Of a DNA stretch of 64,000 bases, positions 1 to 11,600 are shown piece after piece. Numbering within the stretch: the first letter of the stretch is position 1; each line of letters begins with the position of its first letter. Source of the stretch: Eledone cirrhosa (taxonomy: Eukaryota). The notes beneath the pieces were generated by a model. That model ran no database searches. It saw nothing but the letters and a program-made list of their open reading frames with translations, and was not told the DNA's origin. The stretch is from the NCBI GenBank assembly GCA_964016885.1, contig OZ024742.1, positions 167,214,001-167,278,000 of the forward strand. The letters run 5' to 3'. The translations under genes were made by a program, and so were the position numbers.

Positions 1-889
1 GATAAATTGTAAAAAAAAATCAGGGGGAGATAATTTGTAAAAAAAATCAGGGGGAGATAATTTCCAGCCGTCCAAGGTAAGATAATTTCCAGCCCTCCAA
101 GGGGCTATAATTTCCAGCATCCAAGGGGAGATAATTTCCAGCCGTCCAAGGGTAGATAATATCCAGCCGTCCAAGTAGACATATTTTCCAGCCGTCCAAG
201 GAGAGGTAATTTCTAGCCGTCCAAGGGGAGATAAATTCCAGCCTCCAAGGGGAGATAATTTCCAGCCAGCCAAGGGGAGATAATTTGTAAAAAAATCAGG
301 GGGAGATAATTTGTAAAAAAAATCAGGGGGAGATAATTTGTAAAAAAAAATCAGGGGGAGATAATTTGTAAAAAAAAATCAGGGGGAGATAATTTCCAGC
401 CGTCCAAGGGGAGATAATTTTCAGCCGTCCAAGGGTAGATAATATCCAGCCGTCCAAGTAGACATTTTCCAGCCGTCCAAGGAGAGGTAATTTCTAGCCG
501 TCCAAGGGGAGATAAATTCCAGCCTCCAAGGGGAGATAATTTCCAGCCAGCCAAGGGGAGATAATTTGTAAAAAAATCAGGGGGAGATAATTTGTAAAAA
601 AAATCAGGGGGAGATAATTTGTAAAAAAAAATCAGGGGGAGATAATTTGTAAAAAAAAATCAGGGGGAGATAATTTGTAAAAAAAAATCAAGGGGAGATA
701 ATTTCCAGCCGTCCAAGGGGAGATAATTTTCAGCCGTCCAAGGGGAGATAATTTCCAGCCGTCCAAGGGGAGATAATTTCCATCCTTCCAAGGGGAGATA
801 ATTTCCAGCCTTCCAAGGGGAGATAATTTTCAGCCGTCCAAGGGGAGATAATTTCCCGCCAGCCAAGGGAAGATAATATTTTAAAAAAT

Positions 890-1110
890 CAGGCGGAGAT
901 AATTTGTAAAAAAAATCAGGGGGAGATAATTTGTAAAAAAATCAGGGGGAGATAATTTGTAAAAAAAAAATCAGGGGGAGATAATTTGTAAAAAAAATCA
1001 GGGGGAGATAATTTGTAAAAAAAAATCAGGGGTAGATAATTTGTAAAAAAAAATCAGGGGGAGATAATTTGTAAAAAAAAAATCAGGGGGAGATAATTTG
1101 TAAAAAAAAT
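890..1110 (+). repeat. Representative run of type-A monomers (CAGGGGGAGATAATTTGT-An-T)
   Basis: Eight consecutive A-tract monomers with tract lengths 8,7,10,8,9,9,10,8. The consensus monomer is about 30% GC and 74% purine on the + strand. Confidence 0.97.
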
Positions 1111-1368
1111 CAAGGGGAGATAATTTCCAGCCGTCCAAGGAGAGATAATTTTTAAAAAAAATCAGGCGGAGATAATTTGTAAAAAAAAATCAGGGGGAGA
1201 TAATTTCCAGCCGTCGAAGGGAAGATAATTTCCAGCCCTCCAAGGGGCTATAATTTCCAGCGTCCAAGGGGAGATAATTTCCAGCCAGCGAAGGGGAGAT
1301 AATTTTTTTAAAAAAATCATTGGGAGATTTGTAAAAAAAATCAGGGGGAGATAATTTGTAAAAAAAAT

Positions 1369-1590
1369 CAAGGGGAGATAATTTCCAGCCGTCCAAGGGG
1401 AGGTAATATCTAGCCGTCCAAGGGGAGATAATTTCCAGCCGTCCAAGGGGAGATAATTTCCAGCCGTCCAAGGGTAGATAATATCCAGCCGTCCAAGTAG
1501 ACATTTTCCAGCCGTCCAAGGAGAGGTAATTTCTAGCCGTCCAAGGGGAGATAAATTCCAGCCTCCAAGGGGAGATAATTTCCAGCCAGC
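1369..1590 (+). repeat. Representative run of type-B monomers (CAAGGGGAGATAATTTCCAGCCGTC)
   Basis: Nine consecutive 23-25-bp monomers with a fixed order of variants (GGGAGGTAATATCTAG, GGGTAGATAATATCC, AGTAGACATTTTCC, GGAGAGGTAATTTCTAG, GATAAATTCCAGCCTCC, CCAGCCAGCC). The consensus monomer is 52% GC. Confidence 0.97.
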
Positions 1591-2693
1591 CAAGGGGAGA
1601 TAATTTGTAAAAAAATCAGGGGGAGATAATTTGTAAAAAAAATCAGGGGGAGATAATTTGTAAAAAAAAATCAGGGGGAGATAATTTGTAAAAAAAAATC
1701 AGGGGGAGATAATTTGTAAAAAAAAATCAGGGGGAGATAATTTGTAAAAAAAATCAAGGGGAGATAATTTCCAGCCGTCCAAGGGGAGATAATTTTCAGC
1801 CGTCCAAGGGGAGATAATTTCCAGCCGTCCAAGGGGAGATAATTTCCATCCTTCCAAGGGGAGATAATTTGTAAAAAAAAATCAGGGGGAGATAATTTGT
1901 AAAAAAAAATCAAGGGGAGATAATTTCCAGCCGTCCAAGGGGAGATAATTTTCAGCCGTCCAAGGGGAGATAATTTCCCGCCAGCCAAGGGAAGATAATA
2001 TTTAAAAAAATCAGGCGGAGATAATTTGTAAAAAAAATCAGGGGGAGATAATTTGTAAAAAAATCAGGGGGAGATAATTTGTAAAAAAAAAATCAGGGGG
2101 AGATAATTTGTAAAAAAAATCAGGAGGAGATAATTTGTAAAAAAAAATCAGGGGTAGATAATTTGTAAAAAAAAATCAGGGGGAGATAATTTGTAAAAAA
2201 AAATCAGGGGGAGATAATTTGTAAAAAAAATCAAGGGGAGATAATTTCCAGCCGTCCAAGGAGAGATAATTTAAAAAAAAAATCAGGCGGAGATAATTTG
2301 TAAAAAAAAATCAAGGGGAGATAATTTGTAAAAAAAAATCAGGGGGAGATAATTTGTAAAAAAAATCAAGGGGAGATAATTTCCAGCCGTCCAAGGGAAG
2401 ATAATTTCCAGCACTCCAAGGGGCTATAATTTCCAGTGTCCAAGGGGAGATAATTTCCAGCCAGCGAAGGGGAGATAATTTTTTTAAAAAAATCAGGGGG
2501 AGATATGTAAAAAAAATCAGAGGGAGATAATTTCTAAAAAAAATCAAAGGGAGATAATTTCCAGCCGTCCAAAGAGAGATAATTTCTAGCCGTCCAAGGG
2601 GAGATAATTTCCAGCCAAGGGGAGATAATTTCCAGCCGTCCAAAGGGGAGATAATTTTTTAAAAAATCAGGTGGAGATAATTTGTAAAAAAAA

Positions 2694-5600
2694 TCAGGGG
2701 GAGATAATTTGTAAAAACAAAATCAAGGGCAGATAATTTCCAGCTGTCCAAGGGGAGATAATTTCCAGCCGTGCAAGGGGAGATAATTTCCAGCCGTCCA
2801 AGGGGAGATAATTTCCATCCTTCCAAGGGGAGATAATCTCCAGCCGTCCAAGGGGAGATAATTTCCAGCCAGCCAAGGGAAGATAATTTTTAAAAAAATC
2901 AGGCGGAGATTGTAAAAAAAATCAGGGGGAGATAATTTGTAAAAAAATCAGGGGGAGATAATTTGTAAAAAAAAAATCAGGGGAGATAATTTGTAAAAAA
3001 AAATCAGGGGGAGATAATTTGTAAAAAAAAAATCAGGGGGAGATAATTTGTAAAAAATAATCAGGGGTAGATAATTTGTAAAAAAAAATCAGGGGGAGAT
3101 AATTTGTAAAAAAAAATCAGGGGGAGATAATTTGTAAAAAAATCAACGGGAGATAATATGCAGCCGTCCAAGGGGAGATAATTTTCAGCCGTCCAAGGAG
3201 AGGTAATTTCTAGCCGTCCAAGGGGAGATAATTTCCAGCCGTCCAAGGGGAGATAATTTCAAGCCGTCCAAGGGGAGATAGTTTTTTTAAAAAAATCAGG
3301 CGGAGATAATTTGTAAAAAAAAAATCAGGGGGAGATAATTTGTAAAAAAAAATCAGGGGGAGATAATTTGTAAAAAAAATCAGGGGGAGATAATTTGTAA
3401 AAAAAATCAAGGGGAGATAATTTCCAGCCGTCCAAGGGAAGATAATTTCAAGCTCTCCAAGGGGCTATAATTTCCAGTGTCCAAGGGGAGATAATTTCCA
3501 GCCAGCGAAGGGGAGATATTTTTTTTTTAAAAATCAGGGGGAGATTTGTAAAAAAAATCAGGGGGAGATAATTTGCAAAAAAAATCAAAGGGAGATAATT
3601 TCCAGCCGTCCAAAGAGAGATAATTTCTAGCCGTCCAAGGGGAGATAATTTCGAGCCAAGGGGAGATAATTTCCAGCCGTCCAAGGGGAGATAATTTTTT
3701 AAAAAATCAGGTGGAGATAATTTGTAAAAAAAATCAGGGGGAGATAATTTGTAAAAACAAAATCAAGGGCAGATAATTTCCAGCTGTCCAAGGGGAGATA
3801 ATTTCCAGCCGTGCAAGGGGAGATAATTTCCAGCCGTCCAAAGGGAGATAATTTCCATCCTTCCAAGGGGAGATAATTTCCAGCCGTCCAAGGGGAGATA
3901 ATTTCCCGCCAGCCAAGAGAAGATAATTTTTTAAAAAATCAGGCGGAGATTGTAAAAAAAATCAGCGGGAGATAATTTGTAAAAAAATCAGGGGGAGATA
4001 ATTTGTAAAAAAATCAAGGGGAGATAATTTCCAGCTCTCCAAGGGGAGGTAATATCTAGCCGTCCAAGGGGAGATAATTTCCAGCCGTCCAAGGGGAGAT
4101 AATTTCCAGCCGTCCAAGGGTAGATAATATCCAGCCGTCCAAGGAGACATATTTTCCAGCCGTCCAAGGAGAGGTAATTTCTAGCCGTCCAAGTGGAGAT
4201 AAATTCCAGCCTCCAAGGGGAGATAATTTCCAGCCAGCCAAGGGGAGATAATTTGTAAAAAAATCAGGGGGAGATAATTTGTAAAAAAAATCAGGGGGAG
4301 ATAATTTGTACAAAAAATCAGGGGTAGATAATTTGTAAAAAAAATCAGGGGGAGATAATTTGTAAAAAAAATCAAGGGGAGATAATTTGCAGCCGTCCAA
4401 GGGGAGATAATTTTCAGCCGTCCAAGGAGAGGTAATTTCTAGCCGTCCAAGGTGAGATAATTTCCAGCCGTCCAAGGGGAGATAATTTCCAGCCGTCCAA
4501 GGGGAGATAATTTTTAAAAAAAAACAGGCGGAGATAATTTGTAAAAAAAAAATCAGGGTGAGATAATTTGTAAAAAAAAATCAGGGGGAGATAATTTGTA
4601 AAAAAAAATCAGGGGGAGGTAATTTATAAAAAAAATCAAGGGGAGATAATTTCCAGCCGTCCAAGGGAAGATAATTTCCAGCCCTCCAAGGGGCTATAAT
4701 TTCCAGCGTCCAAGGGGAGATAATTTCCAGCCAGCGAAGGGGAGATAATTTTTTTTTTTTTAAATCAGGGGGACATAATTTGTAAAAAAAATAAGGGGGA
4801 GATAATCTGTAAAAAAAATCAAGGGGAGATAATTTGTAAAAAAATCAGGGGGAGATAATTTGTAAAAAAAAATCAGGGGGAGATAATTTGTAAAAAAAAT
4901 CAAGGGGAGATAATTTGTAAAAAAAATCAAGGGGAGATAATTTCCAGCCGTCCAAGGGGAGATAATTTTCAGCCGTCCAAGGGGAGATAATTTCCCGCCA
5001 GCCAAGGGAAGATAATATTTAAAAAAATCAGGCGGAGATAATTTGTAAAAAAAATCAGGGGGAGATAATTTGTAAAAAAATCAGGGGGAGATAATTTGTA
5101 AAAAAAAAATCAGGGGGAGATTTGTAAAAAAAATCAGGGGGAGATAATTTGTAAAAAAAAATCAGGGGTAGATAATTTGTAAAAAAAAATCAGGGGGAGA
5201 TAATTTGTAAAAAAAAATCAGGGGGAGATAATTTGTAAAAAAAATCAATTGGAGATAATTTCCAGCCGTCCAAGGGGAGATAATTTTCAGCCGTCCAAGG
5301 AGAGGTAATTTCTAGACGTCCAAGGGGAGATAATTTCCAGCCGTCCAATGGGAGATAATTTCCAGCCGTCCAAGGGGAGATAATTTTTAAAAAAAAATCA
5401 GGCGGAGATAATTTGTAAAAAAAATCTAGGGGAGATAATTTGCAGCCGTCCAAGGGGAGATAATTTTCAGTCGTCCAAGGAGAGGTAATTTCTAGCCGTC
5501 CAAGGGGAGATAATTTCCAGCCGTCAAAGGGGAGATAATTTCCAGCCGTCCAAGGGGAGATAATTTTTTTAAAAAAATCAGGCGGAGATAATTTGTAAAA

Positions 5601-8600
5601 AAAATCAGGGGGAGATAATTTGTAAAAAAAAATCAGGGGGAGATAATTTGTAAAAAAAAATCAGGGGGAGATAATTTGTAAAAAAAATCAAGGAGAGATA
5701 ATTTCCAGCCGTCCAAGGGAAGATAATTTCAAGCCCTCCAAGGGGCTATAATTTCCAGTGTCCAAGGGGAGATAATTTCCAGCCAGCGAAGGGGAGATAA
5801 TTTTTTTTTAAAAATCAGGGGGAGATTTGTAAAAAAAATCAAGGGGAGATAATTTGTAAAAAAATCAGGGGGAGATAATTTGTAAAAAAAAAATCAGGGG
5901 GAGATAATTTGTAAAAAAAATCAGGGGGAGATAATTTGTAAAAAAAAATCAGGGGTAGATAATTTGTAAAAAAAAATCAGGGGGAGATAATTTGTAAAAA
6001 AAAAATCAGGGGGAGATAATTTGTAAAAAAAATCAAGGGGAGATAATTTCCAGCCGTCCAAGGAGAGATAATTTTTAAAAAAAATCAGGCGGAGATAATT
6101 TGTAAAAAAAAATCAGGGGGAGATAATTTGTAAAAAAAATCAAGGGGAGATAATTTCCAGCCGTCCAAGGGAAGATAATTTCAAGCCCTCCAAGGGGCTA
6201 TAATTTCCAGTGTCCAAGGGGAGATAATTTCCAGCCAGCGAAGGGGAGATAATTTTTTTAAAAAAATCAGGGGGAGATATGTAAAAAAAATCAGAGGGAG
6301 ATAATTTCTAAAAAAAATCAAAGGGAGATAATTTCCAGCCGTCCAAAGAGAGATAATTTCTAGCCGTCCAAGGGGAGATAATTTCCAGCCAAGGGGAGAT
6401 AATTTCCAGCCGTCCAAAGGGGAGATAATTTTTTAAAAAATCAGGTGGAGATAATTTGTAAAAAAAATCAGGGGGAGATAATTTGTAAAAACAAAATCAA
6501 GGGCAGATAATTTCCAGCTGTCCAAGGGGAGATAATTTCCAGCCGTGCAAGGGGAGATAATTTCCAGCCGTCCAAGGGGAGATAATTTCCATCCTTCCAA
6601 GGGGAGATAATCTCCAGCCGTCCAAGGGGAGATAATTTCCCGCCAGCCAAGGGAAGATAATTTTTAAAAAAATCAGGCGGAGATTGTAAAAAAAATCAGG
6701 GGGAGATAATTTGTAAAAAAATCAGGGGGAGATAATTTGTAAAAAAAAAATCAGGGGAGATAATTTGTAAAAAAAAATCAGGGGGAGATAATTTGTAAAA
6801 AAAAAATCAGGGGGAGATAATTTGTAAAAAATAATCAGGGGTAGATAATTTGTAAAAAAAAATCAGGGGGAGATAATTTGTAAAAAAAAATCAGGGGGAG
6901 ATAATTTGTAAAAAAATCAAGGGGAGATAATATGCAGCCGTCCAAGGGGAGATAATTTTCAGCCGTCCAAGGAGAGGTAATTTCTAGCCGTCCAAGGGGA
7001 GATAATTTCCAGCCGTCCAAGGGGAGATAATTTCAAGCCGTCCAAGGGGAGATAGTTTTTTTAAAAAAATCAGGCGGAGATAATTTGTAAAAAAAAATCA
7101 GGGGGAGATAATTTGTAAAAAAAAATCAGGGGGAGATAATTTGTAAAAAAAATCAGGGGGAGATAATTTGTAAAAAAAATCAAGGGGAGATAATTTCCAG
7201 CCGTCCAAGGGAAGATAATTTCAAGCCCTCCAAGGGGCTATAATTTCCAGTGTCCAAGGGGAGATAATTTCCAGCCAGCGAAGGGGAGATATTTTTTTTT
7301 TAAAAATCAGGGGGAGATTTGTAAAAAAAATCAGGGGGAGATAATTTGCAAAAAAAATCAAAGGGAGATAATTTCCAGCCGTCCAAAGAGAGATAATTTC
7401 TAGCCGTCCAAGGGGAGATAATTTCGAGCCAAGGGGAGATAATTTCCAGCCGTCCAAGGGGAGATAATTTTTTAAAAAATCAGGTGGAGATAATTTGTAA
7501 AAAAAATCAGGGGGAGATAATTTGTAAAAACAAAATCAAGGGCAGATAATTTCCAGCTGTCCAAGGGGAGATAATTTCCAGCCGTGCAAGGGGAGATAAT
7601 TTCCAGCCGTCCAAAGGGAGATAATTTCCATCCTTCCAAGGGGAGATAATTTCCAGCCGTCCAAGGGGAGATAATTTCCCGCCAGCCAAGAGAAGATAAT
7701 TTTTTAAAAAATCAGGCGGAGATTGTAAAAAAAATCAGCGGGAGATAATTTGTAAAAAAATCAGGGGGAGATAATTTGTAAAAAAATCAAGGGGAGATAA
7801 TTTCCAGCTCTCCAAGGGGAGGTAATATCTAGCCGTCCAAGGGGAGATAATTTCCAGCCGTCCAAGGGGAGATAATTTCCAGCCGTCCAAGGGTAGATAA
7901 TATCCAGCCGTCCAAGGAGACATATTTTCCAGCCGTCCAAGGAGAGGTAATTTCTAGCCGTCCAAGTGGAGATAAATTCCAGCCTCCAAGGGGAGATAAT
8001 TTCCAGCCAGCCAAGGGGAGATAATTTGTAAAAAAATCAGGGGGAGATAATTTGTAAAAAAAATCAGGGGGAGATAATTTGTACAAAAAATCAGGGGTAG
8101 ATAATTTGTAAAAAAAATCAGGGGGAGATAATTTGTAAAAAAAATCAAGGGGAGATAATTTGCAGCCGTCCAAGGGGAGATAATTTTCAGCCGTCCAAGG
8201 AGAGGTAATTTCTAGCCGTCCAAGGTGAGATAATTTCCAGCCGTCCAAGGGGAGATAATTTCCAGCCGTCCAAGGGGAGATAATTTTTAAAAAAAAACAG
8301 GCGGAGATAATTTGTAAAAAAAAAATCAGGGTGAGATAATTTGTAAAAAAAAATCAGGGGGAGATAATTTGTAAAAAAAAATCAGGGGGAGGTAATTTAT
8401 AAAAAAAATCAAGGGGAGATAATTTCCAGCCGTCCAAGGGAAGATAATTTCCAGCCCTCCAAGGGGCTATAATTTCCAGCGTCCAAGGGGAGATAATTTC
8501 CAGCCAGCGAAGGGGAGATAATTTTTTTTTTTTTAAATCAGGGGGACATAATTTGTAAAAAAAATAAGGGGGAGATAATCTGTAAAAAAAATCAAGGGGA

Positions 8601-11600
8601 GATAATTTGTAAAAAAATCAGGGGGAGATAATTTGTAAAAAAAAATCAGGGGGAGATAATTTGTAAAAAAAATCAAGGGGAGATAATTTGTAAAAAAAAT
8701 CAAGGGGAGATAATTTCCAGCCGTCCAAGGGGAGATAATTTTCAGCCGTCCAAGGGGAGATAATTTCCCGCCAGCCAAGGGAAGATAATATTTAAAAAAA
8801 TCAGGCGGAGATAATTTGTAAAAAAAATCAGGGGGAGATAATTTGTAAAAAAATCAGGGGGAGATAATTTGTAAAAAAAAAATCAGGGGGAGATTTGTAA
8901 AAAAAATCAGGGGGAGATAATTTGTAAAAAAAAATCAGGGGTAGATAATTTGTAAAAAAAAATCAGTGGGAGATAATTTGTAAAAAAAAATCAGGGGGAG
9001 ATAATTTGTAAAAAAAATCAATTGGAGATAATTTCCAGCCGTCCAAGGGGAGATAATTTTCAGCCGTCCAAGGAGAGGTAATTTCTAGACGTCCAAGGGG
9101 AGATAATTTCCAGCCGTCCAATGGGAGATAATTTCCAGCCGTCCAAGGGGAGATAATTTTTAAAAAAAAATCAGGCGGAGATAATTTGTAAAAAAAATCT
9201 AGGGGAGATAATTTGCAGCCGTCCAAGGGGAGATAATTTTCAGTCGTCCAAGGAGAGGTAATTTCTAGCCGTCCAAGGGGAGATAATTTCCAGCCGTCAA
9301 AGGGGAGATAATTTCCAGCCGTCCAAGGGGAGATAATTTTTTTAAAAAAATCAGGCGGAGATAATTTGTAAAAAAAATCAGGGGGAGATAATTTGTAAAA
9401 AAAAATCAGGGGGAGATAATTTGTAAAAAAAAATCAGGGGGAGATAATTTGTAAAAAAAATCAAGGAGAGATAATTTCCAGCCGTCCAAGGGAAGATAAT
9501 TTCAAGCCCTCCAAGGGGCTATAATTTCCAGTGTCCAAGGGGAGATAATTTCCAGCCAGCGAAGGGGAGATAATTTTTTTTTAAAAATCAGGGGGAGATT
9601 TGTAAAAAAAATCAAGGGGAGATAATTTGTAAAAAAATCAGGGGGAGATAATTTGTAAAAAAAAAATCAGGGGGAGATAATTTGTAAAAAAAATCAGGGG
9701 GAGATAATTTGTAAAAAAAAATCAGGGGTAGATAATTTGTAAAAAAAAATCAGGGGGAGATAATTTGTAAAAAAAAAATCAGGGGGAGATAATTTGTAAA
9801 AAAAATCAAGGGGAGATAATTTCCAGCCGTCCAAGGAGAGATAATTTTTAAAAAAAATCAGGCGGAGATAATTTGTAAAAAAAAATCAGGGGGAGATAAT
9901 TTGTAAAAAAAATCAAGGGGAGATAATTTCCAGCCGTCCAAGGGAAGATAATTTCAAGCCCTCCAAGGGGCTATAATTTCCAGTGTCCAAGGGGAGATAA
10001 TTTCCAGCCAGCGAAGGGGAGATAATTTTTTTAAAAAAATCAGGGGGAGATATGTAAAAAAAATCAGAGGGAGATAATTTCTAAAAAAAATCAAAGGGAG
10101 ATAATTTCCAGCCGTCCAAAGAGAGATAATTTCTAGCCGTCCAAGGGGAGATAATTTCCAGCCAAGGGGAGATAATTTCCAGCCGTCCAAAGGGGAGATA
10201 ATTTTTTAAAAAATCAGGTGGAGATAATTTGTAAAAAAAATCAGGGGGAGATAATTTGTAAAAACAAAATCAAGGGCAGATAATTTCCAGCTGTCCAAGG
10301 GGAGATAATTTCCAGCCGTGCAAGGGGAGATAATTTCCAGCCGTCCAAGGGGAGATAATTTCCATCCTTCCAAGGGGAGATAATCTCCAGCCGTCCAAGG
10401 GGAGATAATTTCCCGCCAGCCAAGGGAAGATAATTTTTAAAAAAATCAGGCGGAGATTGTAAAAAAAATCAGGGGGAGATAATTTGTAAAAAAATCAGGG
10501 GGAGATAATTTGTAAAAAAAAAATCAGGGGAGATAATTTGTAAAAAAAATCAGGGGGAGATAATTTGTAAAAAAAAAATCAGGGGGAGATAATTTGTAAA
10601 AAATAATCAGGGGTAGATAATTTGTAAAAAAAAATCAGGGGGAGATAATTTGTAAAAAAAAATCAGGGGGAGATAATTTGTAAAAAAATCAAGGGGAGAT
10701 AATATGCAGCCGTCCAAGGGGAGATAATTTTCAGCCGTCCAAGGAGAGGTAATTTCTAGCCGTCCAAGGGGAGATAATTTCCAGCCGTCCAAGGGGAGAT
10801 AATTTCAAGCCGTCCAAGGGGAGATAGTTTTTTTAAAAAAATCAGGCGGAGATAATTTGTAAAAAAAAAATCAGGGGGAGATAATTTGTAAAAAAAAATC
10901 AGGGGGAGATAATTTGTAAAAAAAATCAGGGGGAGATAATTTGTAAAAAAAATCAAGGGGAGATAATTTCCAGCCGTCCAAGGGAAGATAATTTCAAGCC
11001 CTCCAAGGGGCTATAATTTCCAGTGTCCAAGGGGAGATAATTTCCAGCCAGCGAAGGGGAGATATTTTTTTTTTAAAAATCAGGGGGAGATTTGTAAAAA
11101 AAATCAGGGGGAGATAATTTGCAAAAAAAATCAAAGGGAGATAATTTCCAGCCGTCCAAAGAGAGATAATTTCTAGCCGTCCAAGGGGAGATAATTTCGA
11201 GCCAAGGGGAGATAATTTCCAGCCGTCCAAGGGGAGATAATTTTTTAAAAAATCAGGTGGAGATAATTTGTAAAAAAAATCAGGGGGAGATAATTTGTAA
11301 AAACAAAATCAAGGGCAGATAATTTCCAGCTGTCCAAGGGGAGATAATTTCCAGCCGTGCAAGGGGAGATAATTTCCAGCCGTCCAAAGGGAGATAATTT
11401 CCATCCTTCCAAGGGGAGATAATTTCCAGCCGTCCAAGGGGAGATAATTTCCCGCCAGCCAAGAGAAGATAATTTTTTAAAAAATCAGGCGGAGATTGTA
11501 AAAAAAATCAGCGGGAGATAATTTGTAAAAAAATCAGGGGGAGATAATTTGTAAAAAAATCAAGGGGAGATAATTTCCAGCTCTCCAAGGGGAGGTAATA

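Noticed and set aside
102-112. TATAAT (bacterial -10 or TATA-like) in the GGGGCTATAATTT variant
   Set aside because: It is a two-base variant of GAGATAAT within the satellite, with no -35 element and no downstream gene.
691-706. NF-kB/Rel-like site (GGGG...TTTCC) in B monomers
   Set aside because: The spacing between GGG and TTCC is several bases longer than the 10-11-bp kB consensus.
4749-4764. Long T tract resembling a terminator or a retroelement poly(A) tail
   Set aside because: It is the TnAn tail of a hybrid monomer repeated at the same position in each HOR copy, with no GC-rich hairpin, target-site duplication or element body.
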